Positions 25,048 through 32,710 of a stretch of DNA of 40,299 nt are shown in pieces (within the stretch, counting starts at the first letter, position 1; each line of letters begins with the position of its first letter). The notes beneath the pieces are model-generated. The model did no database searches. It saw nothing but the letters and a program-made list of their open reading frames with translations, and was not told where the DNA came from. This stretch comes from Planctomycetota bacterium (GTDB lineage: Bacteria; Planctomycetota; JAJSAM01; JAJVHW01), in contig JAIOPE010000161.1 in assembly GCA_021414065.1 (NCBI GenBank), forward strand, positions 1-40,299, written 5' to 3'. Made by a program: the position numbers and the translations under genes.

Positions 25048-25174
25048 TCCCTCCCGGTGAGGAAGTACGGCACCTGCATTCGCCCGACGCCGCCCCCGAC
25101 GCTCAGGTTGCGGTAACACCGTGACCGGCGTTGCGGAGGGGTCTCATGGATACGGACCGCACGAGGACGCTTCA

Positions 25175-26923
25175 GTGAACGCCCTGGACGACGGAACCCT
25201 GCTGGATCGGTGGCGAGAGAACCGCGATGGCGACGCCTTCGCGGAGATCGCGCGCCGTCACTCGCCCGTCGTCTTCGACATCACCTGCCGCGTGCTCGGC
25301 GACCGGAGCCTGGCCGAGGACATCCTCCAGGAGGCGCTCCTCGACCTCGCACTGGAGGAGACTCGCAAACCCGTCGATGTCGGCGTGGTTGCCTGGCTCG
25401 TCCGTTTCTCGATCTGTCGCGCCCGGAACCGCCGGGCGTCGGAACGCTGCCGGACGCGGCGGCAGATCGTGGTCGGGAAGGAGCGGCCGGAGGAGTCCAT
25501 GCCGGACGACGCGCTGGAACTGAAAGACGAACTGGAACGCGCGCTCGGCGGGTGCGACCCCGAGGACCGCGCGCTCCTCGCCATGCGCTTCCTTCACGGG
25601 TGGGAGTACGACCGGATCGCCTCGGCGCTCTCGATCCAGGAGGGCGCGGCCCGGGTACGCGTCCACCGCGCGCTGCGGAACGTCCGTGCCAAGGTCCAGA
25701 CGACGGCCGGTTCGGAGAACGCGTCCCGCGTCGCCCCCGCGCTTGGCGCCCTGCCGGTCGCCGCGATGTCGCAGAAGTCGCTCGATGCGTCGATCCGCTC
25801 GGTCGTGGAGATCGCCAAGGTGCGCCTCGGGGCGCCGGCGAACGGCGTCGAGCACGCGACGGCCGCGTCCAGGTCGTTCCGCGTTGCCGTCTCGCTGACG
25901 GGTGCGGCGCTGCTGTTCGTGGCTGCGGCGGGCGCGACGTCCGTCGTCGATTTCGGATCGCCGGGTGTACCGCAGCCAACCGAGGTCGCCCGCGTCGAGA
26001 CGGTCCGCGCGGCGGTCGTCGTTCCCGGTGCCGACGTCGGCGATGTGCCGGCGCCCGTCGGTGGGGCGTTCCGCGTTGCGCCCCGCCCCGCCGGCTGGGA
26101 CCACGGGTCCATCGGGCGCCTGGTGCGTGGCGAAGGCGTGGACCGCGCCGCCGCCCCGTCGCTCGCCCGCGCCGACCTGCTGCGCGGGGATGCGCCGCGT
26201 GTCGATGCGCCGGGGGGCGCCGAACGCGGGCCGTGGGCTCACGAAGTCGGGTTCGACCCCGCTGACGCGTTCCCCGCGTCGGCCGGAGATTCTCCGAGTG
26301 CGCTCCGCCCGAACGTGCGGGGAGCCTGCGCTGCGAAGGGCGAGCCGTTCTCGTCTGATGGCGAGCGGGCGGGCGCTCTCGGGGGATCCGAGGCCGTGGC
26401 GGACGACGACACCGTCTCGCCTGTGCGGATCTTGGTGCGACCGGACGTCATCGAGTCGGCGCGCGCGTCGGTTCACCGCCGCGCCGTGCCTTTGGTGACG
26501 CTCGACGCGCTTCCGGATGCGACGCGCGCGCTCGTCGATGAGGCGCAGGGGCTGCTGCGCGACTACCTCTCCTCGTCGAACCTGGTCGGCACCGAGGCGA
26601 CGAGCGTGCGTCGCAGCATTCGCGAGGTCCGCAAGGGCTTCGGTGCGCTGCGCCGCGACACCGGGCGGCCGACGGGAGCCGAGGCCGCCGCCGCGCGGGC
26701 GACTCGCGCGAAGAACCAGGCGGTGCGCCAGGTGCTCGGCCTGCTCACGCAGGTCGTGCTCTCGGACGGCCGCGTCGCCGGCGACCTGCGCTGGCCCGCG
26801 GGCGCCGACGTCGCGTTCGCCCTCGAAGAGGTGATCCGAGTTCTCGGTGCGCAGTCGCAGGGCGCGGACCGCGGTATCCCGAGCGGCGCTGTCGGGCCCG
26901 CGTCGGCGGGAGGGGTGCAGTGA
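25175..26923 (+). CDS. ECF sigma factor fused to a ~400-aa C-terminal extension with one transmembrane helix (putative fused anti-sigma or sensor module). Start assigned to GTG 25175; GTG 25121 is an alternative
   Basis: Sigma region 2 (LLDRWRENRDGDAFAEIARRHSPVVFDITCRVLGDRSLAEDILQEALLDLA) and region 4 (LLAMRFLHGWEYDRIASALSIQEGAARVRVHRALRNV), then a hydrophobic FRVAVSLTGAALLFVAAAGATSVV segment in the same uninterrupted frame; GAGGA Shine-Dalgarno before 25175. Confidence 0.7.
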   Translation: MNALDDGTLLDRWRENRDGDAFAEIARRHSPVVFDITCRVLGDRSLAEDILQEALLDLALEETRKPVDVGVVAWLVRFSICRARNRRASERCRTRRQIVVGKERPEESMPDDALELKDELERALGGCDPEDRALLAMRFLHGWEYDRIASALSIQEGAARVRVHRALRNVRAKVQTTAGSENASRVAPALGALPVAAMSQKSLDASIRSVVEIAKVRLGAPANGVEHATAASRSFRVAVSLTGAALLFVAAAGATSVVDFGSPGVPQPTEVARVETVRAAVVVPGADVGDVPAPVGGAFRVAPRPAGWDHGSIGRLVRGEGVDRAAAPSLARADLLRGDAPRVDAPGGAERGPWAHEVGFDPADAFPASAGDSPSALRPNVRGACAAKGEPFSSDGERAGALGGSEAVADDDTVSPVRILVRPDVIESARASVHRRAVPLVTLDALPDATRALVDEAQGLLRDYLSSSNLVGTEATSVRRSIREVRKGFGALRRDTGRPTGAEAAAARATRAKNQAVRQVLGLLTQVVLSDGRVAGDLRWPAGADVAFALEEVIRVLGAQSQGADRGIPSGAVGPASAGGVQ

Positions 26924-27570
26924 GCTTCTCGCCCCCCGTCTCGCCCCGGTCGTTCACGCGCCGGTCGTTGATGCAACGTCCGTTGATGCAACGTTCGTTC
27001 ATGCGACGACCGGGGCGGATGGCCCTTGCCGCGCTCCTCGGAGCGGTCGTCGCCGTGGCGGCGCTGCCGTCGCCGCAGGCCGACGCCGTGCCGTCGGGGG
27101 GCGTGCTCGGCACGTGGAAGCTCAAGCTGAAGATCGACGGTTTCGGAGCCCGTGCGTCGGCCCAGGGCGCGGGCGCCGCGACGGTGGATTCCCAGCGCGC
27201 AGTCGGCGACGCGGTCCTCGTGATTCGTCCACGCGACGCGCAGGTGAACGACGGGATCGTCACCATCGAAGTCGCGCTCGACGCCGCCACCGCACAGACG
27301 GTCCTCGGTCGAGCCACGCCGGGAACGCCCGCGTTCCGCGGCACGGCCGCGATCCTCGGCGACTCGCTCGCCGTCATCGACTCCGGGCAGCCGAACTACG
27401 TCAACGCGATCACGCTGCGCTTCGCGCCGGGCGGTCGGAAGCTCGCCGGCTCGTGGATCGCGGTGTTCCCCGCGAGCGAACCCACGCTCGGCGAGCAGAA
27501 GTTCGCCGCTGGCGTTTCGGCGACCGTCACCGGCACGCGCAAGCTGCGCGACGCGCCTCGCGATCGTTAA
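26920..27570 (+). CDS. Secreted hypothetical protein; start uncertain (GTG 26920 overlapping the upstream stop, or ATG 27001 / 27019)
   Basis: GTGA overlap with the sigma-fusion gene; signal-peptide-like MRRPGRMALAALLGAVVAVAALPSPQADA; N-terminus encoded by a 3x15-bp tandem repeat. Confidence 0.6.
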   Translation: MSFSPPVSPRSFTRRSLMQRPLMQRSFMRRPGRMALAALLGAVVAVAALPSPQADAVPSGGVLGTWKLKLKIDGFGARASAQGAGAATVDSQRAVGDAVLVIRPRDAQVNDGIVTIEVALDAATAQTVLGRATPGTPAFRGTAAILGDSLAVIDSGQPNYVNAITLRFAPGGRKLAGSWIAVFPASEPTLGEQKFAAGVSATVTGTRKLRDAPRDR

Positions 27571-27635
27571 CGGTCGCACGCGTGCGGTGACGGCTGCTGC
27601 GGCGTTCGGAGCCGCCCGCATCTGTATCCTCGGAA

Positions 27636-27678
27636 CCCGTCGCGCGGGGGAGGGGTACTATCGGTCGAGCGTGGCTTC
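27636..27678 (+). promoter_or_regulatory. 10-bp stem hairpin (cgcgggggag...cttcccccgcg) whose 3' arm abuts the tatA Shine-Dalgarno sequence
   Basis: Inverted repeat read from the sequence; lies 66 nt after the upstream stop and directly 5' of GGAGGTGtaccGTG. Confidence 0.4.
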
Positions 27679-27696
27679 CCCCGCGGAGGTGTACCG

Positions 27697-27894
27697 GTGA
27701 CTCCCCTTCTCGCGATCCTCGGCATGGGCAACGGCGAGCTGATCCTCGTCCTCGCGATCGTTCTCCTCCTCTTCGGCGCGACGAAACTCCCGAAGCTCGC
27801 CCGCTCGATGGGGCAGTCGGTGAACGAGTTCAAGAAGGGCATGAACGAGGGCAAGGAAGACACCCCGCCGTCGGAGACTCCGGAGAAGAAGTAG
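27697..27894 (+). CDS. tatA: Twin-arginine translocase subunit TatA/E
   Basis: GNGELILVLAIVLLLFGATKLPKLARSMGQSVNEFKKG matches the TatA transmembrane plus amphipathic helix consensus; GGAGG Shine-Dalgarno before GTG 27697 (ATG 27724 is an alternative). Confidence 0.8.
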   Translation: MTPLLAILGMGNGELILVLAIVLLLFGATKLPKLARSMGQSVNEFKKGMNEGKEDTPPSETPEKK

Positions 27895-28343
27895 TGGCAT
27901 CCCAGGGATCGTCGTCGCCCGACGTCGGGGGCACTGCTCGCGCGATCCAGCCCGCGGGCTGGCCGAGGCCCCGCGGTTACAGCAACGGGGTGCTCGTCCC
28001 GGCCGGCCACGACATGGTGTTCACGGCCGGAATGGTCGGGTGGGACGTCCACGAGAGAATCGTTCCGGGCGGGTTCGTCCCCCAGTTCGAGCAGGCGCTC
28101 GCGAACATCGTGGCGGTCGTTCGCGCGGCCGGCGGCGGGCCCGAGCACATCGTGCGGATGGTGGCCTTCGTCGTGGACAAGCGCGAGTACCTCGACGCGC
28201 AGGAGTCGCTGGGTGCTGCGTGGCGACGCGTGATCGGACGTCACTTCCCCGCGATGGCGCTCGTGCAGGTGGCGGGCCTCGTCGAGGCCGACGCGCGCGT
28301 CGAGATCGAAGCGGTCGCAGCGATCCCGGCGAAGCGGGAGTGA
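27894..28343 (+). CDS. RidA/YjgF/TdcF family reactive-intermediate deaminase-like protein
   Basis: YjgF-fold pattern (...VFTAGMVGWD...IVRMVAFVVDKREY...ALVQVAGL...EIEAVAAI); its GTG start overlaps the tatA TAG. Confidence 0.85.
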   Translation: MASQGSSSPDVGGTARAIQPAGWPRPRGYSNGVLVPAGHDMVFTAGMVGWDVHERIVPGGFVPQFEQALANIVAVVRAAGGGPEHIVRMVAFVVDKREYLDAQESLGAAWRRVIGRHFPAMALVQVAGLVEADARVEIEAVAAIPAKRE

Positions 28344-28350
28344 GCCGGTG

Positions 28351-30102
28351 ATGCGACGCCGCGGTGTCCGGTCGGTGGGCGTGCTCGCGATCGTCGGAGC
28401 CATGGCGGGCGGGGCCCTCTCGGGGGATCTTCCAGGCGGCACGCACGGGATCGCAACCGCGCTCGCCGACGAGGGCTCCCCCCGCGTGCCCGCCCCGGAA
28501 GCGCCGGGCGTGGACCTGGCGGCGCCCGAGACCGCGGCGTGGATGCGCCAGGACTGGTTCGGCGTTTTCTGTGGCGAGCACCGCGTGGGCTGGATGCGCC
28601 GGTCGCTCGCCCGCGCCGAGTTCGCGGTGGGCGCCAGCGCTGGCGTTGGCGCCGGCGTGCCGTCGATCGTCCGTGAAGTCGAGGTCCACATCGACGTCGC
28701 GGGCGACGGCAACGAGATCGTGAATGCGACGCGCACCGTCTGCCGCGCTGATGGCGGCCAAGAACTCCTCGCCGCGTCGTCGGAACGCCGGGAGCAGGGA
28801 AAACGCACCGCGCGTGAGATCGTCCGCAACGGCCAGCGGTTCGACGTCGTCACCGAGCGGCGGGGCGAGCGCGTCGAAGGCGCGGTTGCGGCGACGACCT
28901 GTTCGCTCGCCGACGAACTCGGGATCGAGCGCGTCGTAGCCCTCGCCGCGCGCGGCCCGGCGGCGCCCGGGAAATCGCACGCGCTGCGGGTTGCGTCGAT
29001 CGACCTCGGCACGCTGGTCGCCGGCCAGCGTCGTCTGACCGTCGGATCCGTCGAGGGCGAAGGCGACGCGCGCATCTTCACCGTGGAGGTCGAGGTCCTG
29101 TCGGGCGAGGACACGCGTTCGGGGAGAGATCCGCGCCCCGCCAAGGACACCGTACGCGTCGATGTGACGGGCGCGGTGGTCGAGGGCTCGCTCGGCCCAC
29201 GGTTCTCGTACCGCAGGGAGGACGAGGTCGTCGCGAAGCACGCGGCGTCGCGGAAGTCGCTCGAGGCGCTCTCTCGTATCCCGCTCGACGCACCCGGCGA
29301 TCGGCCGATCGGTCCGCAGTCATCTGCCGAGTGCGTTCCCGCAGCCAGGCTCGGCGATCTCGCGGGCGTGAAGAAACTCACCATCGCGTGGGACGACGCG
29401 AAGGGCCGCGCGTTCGTCGCGAACGCCCGGCAGAAGGTCCGGATCGACGGCAAGTCGCTTGTCGTCGCGATCGGCCGCGACGCCGACGCCGAATCGAGTG
29501 CGGTTCCCGCCGACGAGGCCTCGCAGCGCGACGCCCTCGTGGACGAGCCGGGGCTCGGCGTGGTCGATCCGAACGTCGGCAAGGCCGTGTCGTTCCTGCT
29601 CCGGGGCACGGCGAACCGCGGCCAGCAGGTGGCACGGATACTCGAATTCACGTCCACCCGGATTGCGAAGGAAGTCGTTCTCGGCACGCCGTCCACGCTT
29701 GAGATTCTCCAGACACTCCGCGGCGACTGCACGGAGCACGCGCAGGTGTTCGTTTCCTTCTGCCGCGTTGCGGGCATTCCGGCGCGCACGGTCGAGGGCC
29801 TCGCGTGGATGGGCGACGACGTCGGCGCGTTCGGCTGGCACCAGTGGGCGGAGGTGGCGATCGGCGGGAAGTGGCTGGCGCTCGATCCCACGACGGGAAT
29901 GGACCCCGCGCCTGCGGCGCACATCGCGCTGGACGCCACGCCCGAGATGCGCACGCTGCTCTGGGGGGCTCGACTTCGGCTGGTCGGAGTCGAGCGGGAC
30001 GACAAGAAGGCGCGGAGCGATGCCGATCCGCAGGGGGCTCCGTCCGCGGGCGCGCCCGCTTCCCCGGCCGCACCGCCCGAGTCGCCAACGCGCCCGCGCT
30101 GA
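28351..30102 (+). CDS. Secreted transglutaminase-like cysteine protease domain protein (583 aa)
   Basis: Signal peptide; C-terminal TGase core GDCTEHAQVFVSFCRVAGIPARTV...GWHQWAEV...ALDPT (Cys-His-Asp). Confidence 0.8.
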   Translation: MRRRGVRSVGVLAIVGAMAGGALSGDLPGGTHGIATALADEGSPRVPAPEAPGVDLAAPETAAWMRQDWFGVFCGEHRVGWMRRSLARAEFAVGASAGVGAGVPSIVREVEVHIDVAGDGNEIVNATRTVCRADGGQELLAASSERREQGKRTAREIVRNGQRFDVVTERRGERVEGAVAATTCSLADELGIERVVALAARGPAAPGKSHALRVASIDLGTLVAGQRRLTVGSVEGEGDARIFTVEVEVLSGEDTRSGRDPRPAKDTVRVDVTGAVVEGSLGPRFSYRREDEVVAKHAASRKSLEALSRIPLDAPGDRPIGPQSSAECVPAARLGDLAGVKKLTIAWDDAKGRAFVANARQKVRIDGKSLVVAIGRDADAESSAVPADEASQRDALVDEPGLGVVDPNVGKAVSFLLRGTANRGQQVARILEFTSTRIAKEVVLGTPSTLEILQTLRGDCTEHAQVFVSFCRVAGIPARTVEGLAWMGDDVGAFGWHQWAEVAIGGKWLALDPTTGMDPAPAAHIALDATPEMRTLLWGARLRLVGVERDDKKARSDADPQGAPSAGAPASPAAPPESPTRPR

Positions 30103-30172
30103 CCTCCATCGCAGTCCACCCGCGCGATGCCATGTGCATCGACCCGACGACGGTCCGCCCTTGGCCGTTCAA

Positions 30173-30221
30173 CTCAAAGGCCGTGACGAGACCCCGTCAG
30201 GGGTTTCTCCACGGCCTTTGA
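30173..30221. terminator. Bidirectional terminator: 13-bp perfect outer stem (ctcaaaggccgtg / cacggcctttgag) with an inner gagacccc/ggggtttc stem, lying between convergent genes
   Basis: Perfect inverted repeat read from the sequence between the transglutaminase-like gene stop (30102) and the minus-strand lipoprotein stop (30227). Confidence 0.55.
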
Positions 30222-30226
30222 GTGCG

Positions 30227-32077
30227 CTACTTCCCGCCCTTCTTCGCGTCGTCGAGCTTCTTCTGCGCCGCGTTTCCGTACTGCGCCGCGCGGAGGCTCG
30301 GATACGGGTTGCCGTAGGCCTTCGCCGTCGGGTCGGCGCGCTTCTTCGCGAAGGCGACGACCTTCGCCCAGTCGCCCTTCTCGAACCAGTACTTGCAGAG
30401 GTTCTCCAGCGTGTCCCAGTAGCCGCGCCCGGGTTCCTGCCCGTCGTCGTCCACGAGGGCGAGCACCCGGTCGAACATCGGCAGGCTCAGTTCCTTCCGG
30501 TCGGTCAGGTGGAAGAGGTAGATGAGCGCGCAGTCGTTGACGTAGTCCTGCTCGTTGGGCGAGGCATTCACGCTCGCGAGGTAGTAGCGGAGGCTCTGCT
30601 CATAGTCGCGGCCCACGTCGCGGTACCAGAGGCCGGCGTTGTTCCCGTAGCGCCCGTCGCCCGGGTTCTTCGCGACCGCGGCGTCGTATGCGCGCACGCG
30701 CACCGACAGCGGGACGTCCTTGCCGGAGCCCGCCGCGGGATCGTTCAGCAGGCGGTCGAGCGCGTCGGACGCCTCGCGGCAGTCGCCCTCTGCGCTGTTC
30801 TCGACACAGGCGGTGAACTCGCGCACAGCGTCGGTCGTCGCGCCCGCTTGGTCCGCCAGGAGGCCCAGGTTGTAGTGAACCGCCGGGTGCTTCGGCGCCA
30901 CCTTCACGGCGGCGTCGAGAACCTCCTTGGCTCGCTTCGTATCAGGCGTCCCCTCGGTGCGCACGACGTGCGCCGTCCACAGATACGCCCACACGGCCTT
31001 CGGGTTCCCGTCGATGACCTTCTGCAGCGCCGCGAGCTTCTTCTCGCGCTCCTTCGGGTAGATGGCCGCCAGCAGGCGCACGGGTTCCGCGTCGTCCGGA
31101 AGCAGCGCCGCCGCCGCGACGTAGCCCGCCTCGATCTGGTCCGAGGGCACCCGCAGCCACTGCTTCGCGATGGTCGCCTGGAGCCGCGCGCGACCGTCCG
31201 ACGGGTCCAGTGCGGCGGCCCGCGTCCAGTGGACGTCGGCCTGCTCCCAGTTGCGCACCGCCGTCGCCATCTCGCCGAGGATCGCGTGGGCCTCGCCGTC
31301 GTCTGGGAACTCGCGGAGGCGCCGCTCGAGAACCTCCTTCGCTCCCGCGGGGTTCTCCTCGAACCGGAGGATCCGCGCGCGCAGCACGGCGCCGCCGGGC
31401 ACGTCGGCGTCGATCGCGGTCGCCTGCTTCCACCGCATGTGGGCGTCCGCGACGAGTCCCTTCACCAGGAAGCCGTCCTCACTGCGAGCGAGCCCCAGCT
31501 CAGCGAGTGCCAGAAACGCGCGCCCCTGTGCAATGCGCAGGTCGGCGCTCGTCCCCAACTTCTCTTCGGCGGCACGGAGGTCGGAGATCGCCTCCGACGC
31601 GAGGCCTTCTGCGATCTTCGCCCGCGCCGAATCGATCGCTTCCTGCACCCCGGGTGCGATCGGGGCACGCGGTGGCTTGACGGGCGCAGGCGGGACCGGC
31701 GGCGCGGCGGGCTCCTTCGGGGCGCTGGGCTCCGACGCGGTCGGCTTCGACTTCGACGCGTTCGGATCGTCGGTTTTCGGAACGTCCGCGTTGGGACCGA
31801 CCGCGTTTGGATGGTCCGCGTTGGGATCCGAGGGTCGCGGCGATGGGTCGCGCGGGGCGCGGCTGGCTTCGGGGATCTCGCCCGCCGGACGCCCCGGCGT
31901 CGCGGCGGGGGACGGCACCGTCGATCCCTCGCGCTCGGAGGCGTGCTCACCGGTCGTCGGCGCGGCGTCCGGCCGAGCGGTGATCGGGGGCACGTCGCCC
32001 GGATCGGCTCTCCCGCACGCGGAGAGAAGCGCCAACGGGAGACCGAGCAACGCTGAACGGCGGCGGGATGTCTGCAT
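30227..32077 (-). CDS. TPR-repeat lipoprotein (616 aa) with a Pro/Ala-rich N-terminal linker
   Basis: MQTSRRRSALLGLPLALLSAC lipobox; long disordered PAPK-rich linker, then TPR-like helical repeats. Confidence 0.8.
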   Translation of the reverse strand: MQTSRRRSALLGLPLALLSACGRADPGDVPPITARPDAAPTTGEHASEREGSTVPSPAATPGRPAGEIPEASRAPRDPSPRPSDPNADHPNAVGPNADVPKTDDPNASKSKPTASEPSAPKEPAAPPVPPAPVKPPRAPIAPGVQEAIDSARAKIAEGLASEAISDLRAAEEKLGTSADLRIAQGRAFLALAELGLARSEDGFLVKGLVADAHMRWKQATAIDADVPGGAVLRARILRFEENPAGAKEVLERRLREFPDDGEAHAILGEMATAVRNWEQADVHWTRAAALDPSDGRARLQATIAKQWLRVPSDQIEAGYVAAAALLPDDAEPVRLLAAIYPKEREKKLAALQKVIDGNPKAVWAYLWTAHVVRTEGTPDTKRAKEVLDAAVKVAPKHPAVHYNLGLLADQAGATTDAVREFTACVENSAEGDCREASDALDRLLNDPAAGSGKDVPLSVRVRAYDAAVAKNPGDGRYGNNAGLWYRDVGRDYEQSLRYYLASVNASPNEQDYVNDCALIYLFHLTDRKELSLPMFDRVLALVDDDGQEPGRGYWDTLENLCKYWFEKGDWAKVVAFAKKRADPTAKAYGNPYPSLRAAQYGNAAQKKLDDAKKGGK

Positions 32078-32501
32078 CCGGCGGAGACTACCCGGACCGG
32101 CCGCGCGGGGGAACCCGGCTCGGTTCGCGACACCCTCTGAGGAGCCGTCGCGGTCGCCGTGCGACGCAGTGCTACGGTCTCGCTACGCTCCGGGCGCCGA
32201 GTCGCGAACGGTACAAGCGTGTTCCGCGCGGCAACGTGCGAAAGTGGTCACCAGGTGTCAACGCCTGGAGTCGCCTTGGCACCTCGGGCGCGTACGAATC
32301 GTGTCAGTCCGGCGGCTCCCGGCCTCGCCGATGCGCCGTGCGGGATCGACCGACGCCTGGCGGGAGATCGGCGCGGGTGTGGCACGGCGCGTGCTTTAGG
32401 TGGAGCGACGCACTCAGGGGTCGCGAACCCACGCGTAAAGCACGGGTTTCACCCTCCCTTCCCATCCCCAACCCAAGAAACCGTCTCCCCCTGGGGCGTC
32501 C

Positions 32502-32540
32502 GGGGCATCCTCCGCGAGGAGGGTGCCCCGGCGTCTTTTC
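32502..32540 (+). terminator. Intrinsic-terminator-like hairpin: 12-bp stem with a GCGA (GNRA) tetraloop followed by GCGUCUUUUCC, inside a 630-bp intergenic region
   Basis: ggggcatcctcc-gcga-ggagggtgcccc (one G.U wobble), then a tcttttcc tract; no plus-strand CDS lies upstream. Confidence 0.6.
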
Positions 32541-32710
32541 CGGGACCGCAGCGCGGCGCAGGGCACCGCGGCAGGCCTCAGCGCGTCGGCATCGAGTCGT
32601 CGTCCGTGGGCCGAAGGCACGCACCCGTTGCGTCCGGTGTGTCCCTGGGTTTCGGGGTGCCGCTGCGGGCTGCGCGGAATTCGAGTCAATCCAAACGGGC
32701 TCCCGGTCCG

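Noticed and set aside
25121-25174. GTG 25121 as start of the sigma-fusion gene
   Set aside because: GTG 25175 has a proper GAGGA Shine-Dalgarno sequence and gives the usual short N-terminus before sigma region 2. 25121 cannot be excluded.
27567-30119. 850-aa ORF on the minus strand
   Set aside because: Antisense to the tatA, ridA and transglutaminase-like genes; composition artefact.
32159-32710. N-terminal 184 codons of ORF 32159..34714
   Set aside because: Arg/Gly/Pro-rich, spans the long intergenic region containing an intrinsic terminator; treated as non-coding leader.
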